64,000 nucleotides of DNA from an uncultured Nannocystaceae bacterium (GCA_964384025.1 CAYLJJ010000013.1:46-64045), one strand, 5' to 3'. Positions 48,195 through 57,251 are shown, numbered from the stretch's first letter. Numbers and translations are program-made. Notes: generated by a model not told the origin, from the sequence alone.

Positions 48195-48911
48195 TCACTT
48201 AGCTTGGGGGACAGGAGCGCTGCCCATATAAAGAAAATAAACCTCAGCCTCATCCTCCGCCTCGACACGCTCTTCCAGTTGGGTGGATTGGCTGCGAAGG
48301 AAGTGAAGCAGATCCTTTTGGAAGCGCGCCATATCTTGAGGACGAGCGCGGAAGCTGAAGGTGCGCGCGGTGGCGCGCTCAGGCTTGCTGTCGAGGAAGC
48401 GTTGACGGATCGTCTCTGTCACCGCCTCTAAGTGTTCATAGAGGGCATCGATGCGCAACTCCCAGTTATCGTCTGTGTAGAGGTTGTGGTGGCGCTCTAC
48501 AACTCGATAGCGGGGCCTAAGTTGCTGCCCTGGAAGCTCTTCGACCCGCCCCTCTGAGAGCAGAGCCTTGAGAGTCAGGCGGGCGCTATCAAACTCATTG
48601 CTGTGAGGGAGACGGGCTGCCAGTTCATCTAAGGTCATAGGATGTTGGCGCAGTAGATCTTCCATACGGCGCATCAGGTTGGTCTCGGTCATCTCAAAAT
48701 AACGCCCTTTGTTAAAGCGCGCTGAGAGGGCCTTAACCGTCCGCGTAGACTTGCCAAAGATCAGCGAGATCAGGTTGATGGTGGAGTGCTTGCGCTTGGC
48801 CTCCCGCCAGAGCGCGAGGGTCATCATATCCTTGACTGTGTCCAGGGGGTAGTTAAAGTCCACCGCCATCTTGACTGCAGGGTAGAAGGTGGCAAAGAGG
48901 ATCCGAAGCAT
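48195..48911 (-). CDS. Hypothetical DNA-binding protein, DUF6502-like/winged helix
   Basis: P.VKMAV...LALWREA...INLISLIFGKSTRTV; wHTH-like MTLDEL...LKALLSEGRV; family assignment from memory only. Confidence 0.55.
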   Translation of the reverse strand: MLRILFATFYPAVKMAVDFNYPLDTVKDMMTLALWREAKRKHSTINLISLIFGKSTRTVKALSARFNKGRYFEMTETNLMRRMEDLLRQHPMTLDELAARLPHSNEFDSARLTLKALLSEGRVEELPGQQLRPRYRVVERHHNLYTDDNWELRIDALYEHLEAVTETIRQRFLDSKPERATARTFSFRARPQDMARFQKDLLHFLRSQSTQLEERVEAEDEAEVYFLYMGSAPVPQAK

Positions 48912-49034
48912 ATACTCCGGATAAGGGATCACACTGGGAGTTTCAGCTTTCTTCTGCAATGTCACCTCACCGCTTTATTTTCGAAGCCATCCTAGCAAGA
49001 GAGTCAGGTTCTTGTGAATGGGATCTTAAATCCG

Positions 49035-49052
49035 TCCAAACAAACGTTTGGA
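49035..49052. promoter_or_regulatory. Perfect dyad TCCAAAC-N4-GTTTGGA in a divergent promoter region
   Basis: 7-bp arms, 4-bp spacer, between the DUF6502-like gene and the MYXO-CTERM gene. Confidence 0.45.
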
Positions 49053-49112
49053 ATGGCCTCGATTTGAGGATACCCTTCCACATATCAAATCCCTAGAGAT
49101 CCTGAGTCAAAA

Positions 49113-50759
49113 ATGCTTTCACCCTCCCACTCCCCTCTAAGACACCCTCTGAATGTTTCGCTCTTGGCGCTGACCCTCCTTAGTTTGGGATCTCTAAACC
49201 CCCAACGCGCCGAGGCCCAACTTGAACATCCAGAGGCTTGCACCGGCGCTATGGTGGATATGATGACCGACGGGATGGTCTTTATCTATCTGCACACAGC
49301 GGATCTCTGCTTTGGTCTCTGTGATCAAGCGATGGGCGAGTTCTTTATGATGGTCCTGGACAATAAGTCCCTGACCATGGACTTCATGGCCTGTGCTGAG
49401 TCCAACCCTGAGCTGATCAAGATGATGATCCGTGTGGTCTCTACCAATTCGGAGATCCTCCCTCGTATGGCAGAGATCATGGCTGAAGATTGTGACTTTC
49501 CAGCGACCTTTGTCTCGATGGCGAGTTGGCATGGGGAGCTACGAAGGTTCTTCTTCAACGCCCTAGACGATCAGCTCTATCAAGCTCTCACGCGTTCTAT
49601 GCTCTGTGAGCCTCCAGATATCGTTCAGATCTTGGGGAGCATCATGGAGGAGGAGGCAGCCCTGGAGATGCGGCGAGGTCGCCCCTTCTGGGAGGTCTAT
49701 ATGAACTTGGGCTCCTCCGCCTTGGATACAGATGCCAACGAGTTGGCTGATGAGCGGATGTTTTATGCTTTTCTCCACAACACCACCGCCGCGCACTCTA
49801 TGTTCAGAGCGATGGGCAGCATGGGGGAAGCTGAGCAGGCCGCTGTCCTGGATTTTATGTTCTTGGGTCGCAGTCACGGTCGGGCAGGGCCGCAAGAGCA
49901 TCCTCGGCAGGCCTACTTCAATATCTACGCGATCACCGAAGCCTTTATGACAGGAGTAGCGCCTCTCTATGAGATGGAGGCCCCTCCTGATCCTCAGAGC
50001 GAGAACCCCGCCAACGCGCTCTTAGGGCGAATGCTCCAGTTCCTGATCCAGATGGATGAGCAGGGACAGATCATCAACTTCAGCCCCTATGCAGCGCTCT
50101 TTTTTCGCGCCCTGCGCTCTGGTGCGGAGATTCACTGTGATCCCTATAGCTTGGGGATGATGCAGTTTATGGCTGGGCTCTTTCCTCTTGAGATCTTCGC
50201 GACCTTACCTCCCCCCAATCCAGATGCTCCCAGTCCTCGGGACTATAAAAATCTGGGGGCTCCCCTTGATTATCAATGCCCTGCTCCTGAGTGCAGTCTC
50301 TTTGCGCCGATGCTCTGCGGCGATGAGGCGAGTTGCCTGAGCGCAGGGCTGAGCTGGTGTGGGGGAGAGTGTATGCCTCTGAGCCGATGTCCTGAACCTG
50401 AGTGTGGTTCACAGAGCCCCGAAAGCTGTGGAGATATCTGGAGTTGCTATGCGATGAACCTCTCCTGGTGTGAGCAGGGCTGCCAAACGGAGCCTTGCCC
50501 CCTGCCCGTCGCTCCTGACTTGGGACCTCCTGTAGATATGGCGCTGCCTATAGATATGGGTCTACCTGAGCGGTTCACGGACACAGGCCAGGGAGAGCCA
50601 GAGGAGCTTGGAGGGAATCCAGACTCAGCTCTCCATGAGCCTCTCCCCTCTGGACACCCCAGCCCTGGCTGTCAAACACAGCCAAGAGCGACCCAGCTGA
50701 GCGGGCTCCTGCTCCTCCTGTCGCTCTTGATCCTGAGAAGGTCTCGAAGAAAACTCTGA
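49113..50759 (+). CDS. Secreted Cys-rich surface protein with MYXO-CTERM-like sorting signal
   Basis: Signal peptide; repeated C..P..CG...C...L.WC modules; D(M/L)G linker; tail PGCQTQP...LLLLLSLLILRRSRRK. Confidence 0.7.
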   Translation: MLSPSHSPLRHPLNVSLLALTLLSLGSLNPQRAEAQLEHPEACTGAMVDMMTDGMVFIYLHTADLCFGLCDQAMGEFFMMVLDNKSLTMDFMACAESNPELIKMMIRVVSTNSEILPRMAEIMAEDCDFPATFVSMASWHGELRRFFFNALDDQLYQALTRSMLCEPPDIVQILGSIMEEEAALEMRRGRPFWEVYMNLGSSALDTDANELADERMFYAFLHNTTAAHSMFRAMGSMGEAEQAAVLDFMFLGRSHGRAGPQEHPRQAYFNIYAITEAFMTGVAPLYEMEAPPDPQSENPANALLGRMLQFLIQMDEQGQIINFSPYAALFFRALRSGAEIHCDPYSLGMMQFMAGLFPLEIFATLPPPNPDAPSPRDYKNLGAPLDYQCPAPECSLFAPMLCGDEASCLSAGLSWCGGECMPLSRCPEPECGSQSPESCGDIWSCYAMNLSWCEQGCQTEPCPLPVAPDLGPPVDMALPIDMGLPERFTDTGQGEPEELGGNPDSALHEPLPSGHPSPGCQTQPRATQLSGLLLLLSLLILRRSRRKL

Positions 50760-50770
50760 CGAGCCGCAGT

Positions 50771-51766
50771 TCACTCCTCCAGATGAGCAGCGCCGGGAGA
50801 GTCCATCAAGGCATGGATACGAGCCCGCACCGCTTGAGCCCGCTTGAGGGCTTGGCCTTGGTTGGCATCTTCCAGAGGGTCAACGCTGCGGTCCAACCGC
50901 CCTCGAGTGGCGGCCAGCAGCTCAAAGGCGGGCGCAGAGAGGGACATCAGCTGCCGCAGCCCAGTGAGAGCGCGGCCCAGGGCGGCGACCTGGGAGAAGC
51001 GCCCGGTGCGGTTGGGGGAGAGGCCCTTAAGGAGGATGGTATGGAAGCAGCTCTCCAGGCGACGCTCGAGACGCTGCCCTGAGGGAAGGAGAGGCCAACC
51101 ACTACCATCAATGGGACCGTGGAGGCTCATGGTTGAGGGGGCGACCCCGAAGATCATGGAGTGAACCAGGGCGGTGATCTGGAAGATATCATCGCGAGGA
51201 TCTGGAGGCTCCCCTGTTCGAAGTTGAGGGGCTTGGTAGAGCTGAGACGAAGCAGCATGTGAGAGCAGTCCCCTGTAGAGCCGCTGGAGCCCAAGATCAA
51301 CAATGGAGACCCTCCAATGTCCTCCAGGGCGCTGATCTAAGATGATGGAATCAGCTCCTGGGGGTAGAGGAAAGATGTCGATGCTGTGGATACGCCGCGA
51401 TAGATCGCAGAGCTGTATCCCGATGGAGAGCCCCTGATCGATGCTCAGGGGGTGCTGCTCTTTAAAGAGGCTGGAGAGCGAGACCCCTTGTGGACGCTCA
51501 ACCACCACTATCGCTTCCCCCTCCTCGCTCAGCTCCACCGCCTTGATGGTGCAATAAGGGGTCTCTCGAAGAGGTTTACAGCGCTCAACCTCAGGCTTCA
51601 TTAGGCTCAGGAAGCGCTGAGGGCTGATCCTTGAAAGCTTAGGAAGGAAGAGGGTTACACGCCCTCCTAAGAGACGATCTACAGCCGCAAAGAAGCGCCC
51701 TGAGAGCTGCTCTCCCAGCAAACGCTCTACCAGATAGCGTCCGTGGGTGTTGGGAAAATCTGACAT
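50771..51766 (-). CDS. Ser/Thr kinase-like protein lacking catalytic motifs (pseudokinase)
   Basis: GRYLVERLLG, IVDLG, YQAP, DPRDDIF; no VAIK Lys and no HRD; ATG at 51766. Confidence 0.65.
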   Translation of the reverse strand: MSDFPNTHGRYLVERLLGEQLSGRFFAAVDRLLGGRVTLFLPKLSRISPQRFLSLMKPEVERCKPLRETPYCTIKAVELSEEGEAIVVVERPQGVSLSSLFKEQHPLSIDQGLSIGIQLCDLSRRIHSIDIFPLPPGADSIILDQRPGGHWRVSIVDLGLQRLYRGLLSHAASSQLYQAPQLRTGEPPDPRDDIFQITALVHSMIFGVAPSTMSLHGPIDGSGWPLLPSGQRLERRLESCFHTILLKGLSPNRTGRFSQVAALGRALTGLRQLMSLSAPAFELLAATRGRLDRSVDPLEDANQGQALKRAQAVRARIHALMDSPGAAHLEE

Positions 51767-51875
51767 CAGCCTCGCTCTCAGAGTCCTCAAGATCGCCGCT
51801 AAGGGCCAATCAGCTTGAGGGGAATCCCCCCATCGCTTCTATCTCCTGAGAGTACGCGAAAGATCAAGTTTTCCC
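51767..51875. repeat. 109-bp direct repeat, left copy
   Basis: Aligns ungapped to 57143-57251 with 7 mismatches by manual count. Confidence 0.92.
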
Positions 51876-52436
51876 GATTTTGAACACCGTTTCGCTTATG
51901 AGGGATCATATGAGCGCTGACCGTTTGCATAGGATCGAGGAGCCGCAAAGGCTCCCACGCCACCCTCGTTTTAGTCCACTGGATGTAGATCCGCCGAGTT
52001 TACTGTAATTAGAACGCCGTGAGCGGCAAGATGGCATATTCCGCGCGCTTGTGGTGAGCGCCCTGGTGCGGATGGAAGCGGAGGCATGGCAAGGCCACGT
52101 CGAGCATTCCAGCTGTGCCAGGGTGCCGCTACGGGTGATGTGGCTATGGTAGATTGCTGCTCACGGCGCTCTACTGTTGTTTTACATTCAACATGGATCA
52201 TAAAACCTGACAGTGAAGCTGATGTGAAATGTGTGCTTTCGGTACGTTAGAGGTGATATTCACCGATCAAGACCGTCTGGCCGCCGGTTGAGGCTCCCAC
52301 GGTCTGACCTCGCCCTGTTTGGACAGATAAGCCCTCCATTCAACGCTCAATCGCCAATCTCACCGCCCTTCGATCGCTATGTTTCCTGAGACAAGGATGG
52401 CAATATGGGCGCTCTCAAGAGAAGGAGCCTGGACAG

Positions 52437-55145
52437 ATGAAGCAGGAGAGTAGAGGAGGGCTCAAGCGTTTCGCTCGACGCCTATTTGTGGACATCATCG
52501 CTTTGGGGCTCACCCCAGGAGCGCAGCTCGCGATCGCCACCGCCCAGAACCTCAACGAGAACCTCCCAGGGGCGCTCCCTGCCCCGGCGCGGTTGGCGAT
52601 CACCAGCGCCCAGCGGCTCTATGAGATCCTCCTGGGCGCGGCGCCCAAAGATCGAGCGCAGCTCAGCGAGGAGGCGCGGGCGATGAGCGCGGAGGAGCGA
52701 CGCGCCTTTGCTCTAGAGATCCTGGGGACAGAGCAGCCCCCCGAGCTGCGCGAGGCGGGGTCGCGGGCCATTGAGGGGATGTTGCAGACCCTGCGCGCCT
52801 CGCCCAAGCGGCATCAGCTGCTCCAGACCATCAATCAGCAAATGTTGAGGGGCACAGGGCAGACCCTTCAGCCGTTGACGCTCTCCCCTCAACAGCGGCT
52901 GCTGGGCGCGGCGGTGGCCTCCTCTATGATGGCCCCCCCCAAGCTGAGCGCGCAGAGCCCGCCAGAGCCCTCAACTTGGCCCCAAGTGCCTGGCTTTAAG
53001 ATCCGCTCTCTCTTAGGCCAGGGCGCCTTTGCGCATATCTACTTGGCCCACAGGCTCAATAAGCAGGGCGCGGTGATCGGGAGCTGCGCCCTCAAAGTAG
53101 GCGCGCTCAACAACCCAAAACGCTTCCGCAGCGAGGTGAAAGCGATGCAGGGCGTCTCTCACCCCAACCTGATCGACTACCTGGACAGTGGGGTAATCCA
53201 GCACCCAAACCGCTTCTGGATCGCGATGCCCAACCTCAGCGGCCTGACTCTCCGGGGGCTGATGGAACAGGGCCTGGATCTGGAGCAGCGGCTGCTGTTG
53301 GCGGCGCAGATCTTAGAGGGGCTCAAGGTGCTGCATGGCGCGGGGATCATCCATCGAGATCTGAAGCCAGAGAACGTCCTGATCACCGACGACGCCCAGC
53401 CCCTGTTGAGCGACTTTGGGTTGAGCCGGAGCAGCGAGGGCGGCCAAGCCTCGACCATGACGCAGCTGGGCGTGGTGATGGGGACGCCCAACTATATGAG
53501 CCTTGAGCAAGCGCGGGGGCTGCGGGTTGGGGCGGAGGCGGATGTCTGGGCCTTTGGGGTGCTGCTCTATGAGCTGCTCACCGGCGGCCTGCCCTTTGAG
53601 GGGATCTCGGTCACTGATATCGCGATCAACATCATCAGGACCCCTCTAAACTTTAAGCAGGAGAGCATCCCAGAGCCATTGCGCCCGATCTTGACGCGCT
53701 GCCTTGAGCAAGAGACCCAGCGGCGCTATCAGAGCGCGGCAGAGCTGGCCCCAGAGTTCTTGCCGGTGGCTGAAGAGCTGCGGCGCGAGCTGCGACACGA
53801 GCGCTATCAGGGAGGCTGGAGCCAAGTGATCGAGGGGCGGCTGCTTGAGGCCTTCGCGGCGCGCTGTCAGGGGCGGCTGCCAGACTCTCCAGCGGAGCAG
53901 TTTGTCATCAGCTATCCAGAGCTGCCTGAGCTGGATATGGAGCGCCTGGATAAGGTGTTGTCTCAAGTGTTCAAGCTACAGCGCGAGGTGGAGCGGCTGC
54001 GCGCCGCTCTGCCCCCTGCGTGGGATTGGGAGGAGGAGGTTAAGCAGGCTGAGAAGCGGGCTCAAGATGCGCTGAAGATCAGGAGCATCGAAGAGGCGAT
54101 GGATCGAGCAGCTGAGGTGGTGCAAGCGCAGCAGATCGCACGGGCTGCGGTTGAGAAGCGCCGAGCTGAGGCGAAGGGGCAGGCGCGTAAGGGGAAGGCG
54201 GCGCTCACCAAGGCAGAAAGGCAAGTCGCCAAGGCCGTTCAGCAGACGCTGCGTCGAGAGATGGAGGATTATAAGGAGCTGAAGGCGCGGGAGGCTAGAC
54301 GGGAGGCTGAGGCGAGGGCCAGACGAGAAGAGGCTGAGAGGGAGAAAATAGGGAAGGTGATCCTTGAGAGGAGCCCTGAGCGACCGGCCTTGGTCTATAT
54401 CCCCAGCGGCAGCTTTATGATGGGGAGCCCTGATGGAGAGGGAGAAGATGATGAGCATCCTCAGCACAGGGTTGAGCTGACGCGCCCCTTCTTAATGGCG
54501 GCGACGCCGGTGACTCAGAGGCAATATGAGGCGGTGATGGAGAATAATCCCTCACATTTTAAGGGAAAATCAGATGGTTCCAGGCGTCCTGTCGAGTATG
54601 TGAGTTGGTTTGATGCTGTACGTTACTGTAATGCTCTATCAGCCAAGGAGAGGTTCAAGCCCGTATATCTGATCAAGGGCAAAGGCGACAAGCAAGAGGT
54701 AACAGAGCTTGGTGGTGATGGATATCGCCTACCGACGGAGGCAGAGTGGGAGTATAGCTGTAGGGCGTGGACCGGTACCGCATACTTTTTTGGTGATGAT
54801 GCTGGAGAGCGATCTAAGTATGCTTGGTTCGGTGAAGGCTCTGAAGGTTCAACTCATCCAGTGGGAGAGAAAGAGGCGAATCCCTGGGGGATGTATGACA
54901 TGTATGGAAATGTATGGGAGTGGTGCTGGGACTGGTACAGCGGCGCCTATACCTCCGATCCAGGCGGCACATCCGTTGACCCAAAGGGAACGCCTGAAGG
55001 CCCGTATCGCGTCATCCGGGGCGGCTCCTACTGGGGCACCGCCTCCTGGGCGCGCTCGGCTTTCCGGTACAGGAGGTGGCCCTGGAGCCGGTACTGGGGT
55101 CAGGGCTTTCGCCCGCTGCGTTTTGCCCTCGGCTCAGATCTTTGA
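52437..55145 (+). CDS. Ser/Thr kinase + coiled coil + FGE-sulfatase (CLec-fold) protein; putative DGR target
   Basis: LGQGAFA, ALKV, HRDLKPEN, SDFG, GTPNYMS; IPSGSFMMGS, DEHPQHRV, YRLPTEAEWEY, NPWGMYDMYGNVWEW, RVIRGGS...GFR. Confidence 0.92.
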   Translation: MKQESRGGLKRFARRLFVDIIALGLTPGAQLAIATAQNLNENLPGALPAPARLAITSAQRLYEILLGAAPKDRAQLSEEARAMSAEERRAFALEILGTEQPPELREAGSRAIEGMLQTLRASPKRHQLLQTINQQMLRGTGQTLQPLTLSPQQRLLGAAVASSMMAPPKLSAQSPPEPSTWPQVPGFKIRSLLGQGAFAHIYLAHRLNKQGAVIGSCALKVGALNNPKRFRSEVKAMQGVSHPNLIDYLDSGVIQHPNRFWIAMPNLSGLTLRGLMEQGLDLEQRLLLAAQILEGLKVLHGAGIIHRDLKPENVLITDDAQPLLSDFGLSRSSEGGQASTMTQLGVVMGTPNYMSLEQARGLRVGAEADVWAFGVLLYELLTGGLPFEGISVTDIAINIIRTPLNFKQESIPEPLRPILTRCLEQETQRRYQSAAELAPEFLPVAEELRRELRHERYQGGWSQVIEGRLLEAFAARCQGRLPDSPAEQFVISYPELPELDMERLDKVLSQVFKLQREVERLRAALPPAWDWEEEVKQAEKRAQDALKIRSIEEAMDRAAEVVQAQQIARAAVEKRRAEAKGQARKGKAALTKAERQVAKAVQQTLRREMEDYKELKAREARREAEARARREEAEREKIGKVILERSPERPALVYIPSGSFMMGSPDGEGEDDEHPQHRVELTRPFLMAATPVTQRQYEAVMENNPSHFKGKSDGSRRPVEYVSWFDAVRYCNALSAKERFKPVYLIKGKGDKQEVTELGGDGYRLPTEAEWEYSCRAWTGTAYFFGDDAGERSKYAWFGEGSEGSTHPVGEKEANPWGMYDMYGNVWEWCWDWYSGAYTSDPGGTSVDPKGTPEGPYRVIRGGSYWGTASWARSAFRYRRWPWSRYWGQGFRPLRFALGSDL
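54371..54608 (+). repeat. 238-bp FGE-domain 5' segment, inverted copy at 55918-56155
   Basis: 3 mismatches in 238 bp by manual comparison. Confidence 0.92.
55005..55121 (+). other. Putative DGR variable region (VR)
   Basis: YRVIRGGSYWGTASWARSAFRYRRWPWSRYWGQGFR at the canonical CLec VR position; many NNC codons where a TR would carry AAC. Confidence 0.55.
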
Positions 55146-55259
55146 GGATAGACCTATGATCTATAGAGACAGGGGTGTTCCGGGAACAGAAGGAGGAGTT
55201 GGGCACAAGAAGAGATCGCTTTCGGAAACAAAAGCTTGGGAAACATGCCGCAGACGTTC

Positions 55260-55299
55260 CGATGTGCCTTTTACAAAGGGAGCAGAGAAAGGCACATCG
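55260..55299. terminator. 12-bp inverted repeat hairpin between convergent target and RT genes
   Basis: CGATGTGCCTTT (55260-55271) / AAAGGCACATCG (55288-55299), 16-nt loop; could be a terminator or a DGR cis-hairpin. Confidence 0.55.
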
Positions 55300-55336
55300 A
55301 AACAGCAGCTGGCACTGCTCGAAAATGTGAGTTATC

Positions 55337-55920
55337 TTAGAAAAGGAGCATTCCTTGATAGGAAGCCAGTACTCGCTCCCAGCTGGGCTCCCCTGTCTTG
55401 ATCGCCTGAGCCATCCTCCTCTGAAAGCGTCGCCTGACACGGGGGAGCGGTCGCCGGTCTCCTCTGGAGACGCGATAACCCAGACCATCAAGGGTGTTAA
55501 AACAGGAGAGGATTGGGGCCTCCGGTCGCTTCAGCCTGAGCCCCCGCTTCTCCTCTACCCAAGCTTTGATCTCAGCCCGCCAAACTCGCAGCGCCGCCCG
55601 TTTCGGCGAGAAGAGAAAGAGGTCATCAACATAGCGCACATAAAAGGGCACACGGAGCTGCCGCTTGATGAAATGGTCAAGCGCGTTGAGATAGAGATGG
55701 GTGGCCCAAAACTGACTGGTGCTGCCCATCGGGAGCCCTCGTCCAGCGGGGGGCCACTCCGCTGAAAGGGCGATATGTCGCCGGATGTTGGGCCGCTGAT
55801 AGAGCGCCTGTCCAGTCTCCAAGAGCAGCTCAATGATCGCTAGGATTTGAGGAGAGCGGATCTTGCGTTGAAGCAGCTTCAGCAGGATTTGAGGATCGAC
55901 CGAGGCGAAGTAGGATTCCA
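55337..55920 (-). pseudogene. 3' half of a DGR-type reverse transcriptase (N-terminal RT domains missing)
   Basis: SYFASVD, RGLPMGSTSQFWA..LYLNALDHFIKRQL, YVRYVDD, LDGLGY, LASYQG; sequence upstream of ESYF belongs to the FGE gene. Confidence 0.85.
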
Positions 55921-56991
55921 ACTCACATACTCGACAGGATGCCTGGAACCATCTGATTTTCCCTTAAAGTGTGAGGGATTATTCTCCATCACCGCCTCAT
56001 ATTGCCCCTGAGTCACCGGCGTCGCCGCCATTAAGAAGGGGCGCGTCAGCTCAACCCTGTGCTGAGGATGCTCATCATCTTCTCCCTCTCCATCAGGGCT
56101 CCCCATCATAAAGCTGCCGCTGGGGATATAGACCAAGGCCGGTCGCTCAGGGCTCTTCTCCAGCATTAACTCTCCCGCCTCGGGCTGCTTAGGCGGTGGA
56201 GGTGGCTTAGGAGAGGGCCTAGGCGGTGGTGTAAGTGAGGGCAGCAGCGCCCCAAGCGCCTCTACCATCGCGGCCCGCGTCCAGCCCTTCATCCCCTGGG
56301 TCCAAACCGGCGTCTCGGGCCTCAGCATCCCTGTCTCCTCAAGCTGGGCCTTCTTAAACGGCCCTTGCTGCTCTCCCCCAAGGTGCAGCCACCACCGTGG
56401 CTCGCTTGAGCGCGCAGCTGAGCGATGTTTGGGCAGCCCCCAAACATCGCTCCCCAAGCTCTGCGCCTCCCCCTCTGTCCCTGCCATCAGGAGGCTCTGA
56501 AAGGCGAACATCGGCATCTGTAAGATCTGCGGTTGCTCCTCTAAGCGCAGGAAGAGGGGCATCATCCCCCGCTGAATCGACTCCTCCGGCTTGAGGAGTT
56601 GGCCGTAGGCTTGTGGATTCTTGAGCAGCTCGCTGTAGTGGCGATTGTCTTGCAGCATCCCCTCGAAGACCCCCACCATGTACTCCTGAGATTGCATCTC
56701 TACAAACTCTCGCAGGGCCTCGCTGAGCACCTCTGGTCTCAGCCTCGGCTGGCGCAGCTCATCCAACAACTCTAAGAAGACCTCCTTGATGATCCCCCGC
56801 TGTCCACGCTCAACACGGGTCAGCCCAGCCTCAACTGCCTTGATCGCTGCTTTGTTGTTGAGCTGAGCCCGTTGGTTGGCGACCCCATCCCAGACCTCAA
56901 CCACCCGCCCCGCGACGGGGACCGACTTCAACGCGCAGAGCAAGCTCTGCTCAGCGGTTGTCTTGATGGTCTCAAGGCTGACTCCAAACAT
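55879..56991 (-). pseudogene. Second putative DGR target: helical N-terminus + GYF_2(DUF4339)-like domain + Pro linker + truncated FGE domain
   Basis: ATG at 56991 after GGAGGAAGG; WWLHLGGEQQGPF...TPVWTQGMKGW; FGE stops at PVEYVSW (55918), then runs out of frame into RT DNA. Confidence 0.8.
55918..56155 (-). repeat. 238-bp FGE-domain 5' segment, inverted copy of 54371-54608
   Basis: Manual reverse-complement alignment, 3 mismatches. Confidence 0.92.
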
Positions 56992-57142
56992 CCTTCCTCC
57001 AATCGCCGTAAGCCCAACGCTCCATCTTCTCAGCGCTGGACAGCGCCCATGTATATGCTCTCTCTCCTCGCAGGCGCACTGAGAGGACGACAGGTGTACC
57101 CCTAAGCTGATCGCTATCGCCAAGACCGCTTCTTCCCCCCAC

Positions 57143-57251
57143 CAGCCTCGTTCTCAGAGTCCTCAAGATCGCTGCTGAGGGCCAATCAGCTTGAGGGGAA
57201 TCCTCCCATCGCTTCTGTCTCCTGAGAGTACGCAAAAGATCAAGTCTTCCC
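57143..57251. repeat. 109-bp direct repeat, right copy
   Basis: Matches 51767-51875. Confidence 0.92.

Larger units (their letters stand above)
51767..57251. mobile_element. Candidate inserted cassette carrying a DGR remnant, bounded by 109-bp direct repeats
   Basis: Direct repeats enclose two FGE/CLec genes and an RT fragment; no integrase or transposase inside. Confidence 0.45.

Noticed and set aside
624-51164. Numerous 60-220 aa ORFs overlapping the called genes (e.g. 4379-5014, 18197-18859, 19572-20141, 41094-41675)
   Set aside because: Antisense or alternate-frame shadows of well-supported genes in GC-rich DNA, with no motifs or RBS support.
51876-52436. DGR template repeat or avd gene; ORF 51971-52201
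   Set aside because: No similarity to the VR on either strand by eye, no AAC-rich tract and no recognisable protein. The short dyad GGTGA-TAT-TCACC at 52252-52264 is too weak to call.
54709-55491. ORFs 54709-55401 (+) and 55012-55491 (-)
   Set aside because: Alternate-frame or antisense shadows of the kinase-FGE and RT genes.
55337-55920. Group II intron or retron RT
   Set aside because: Lacks PQG..SP and YADD context, the retron VTG motif and any msr/msd or intron domain V/VI; motifs and CLec neighbours fit a DGR.
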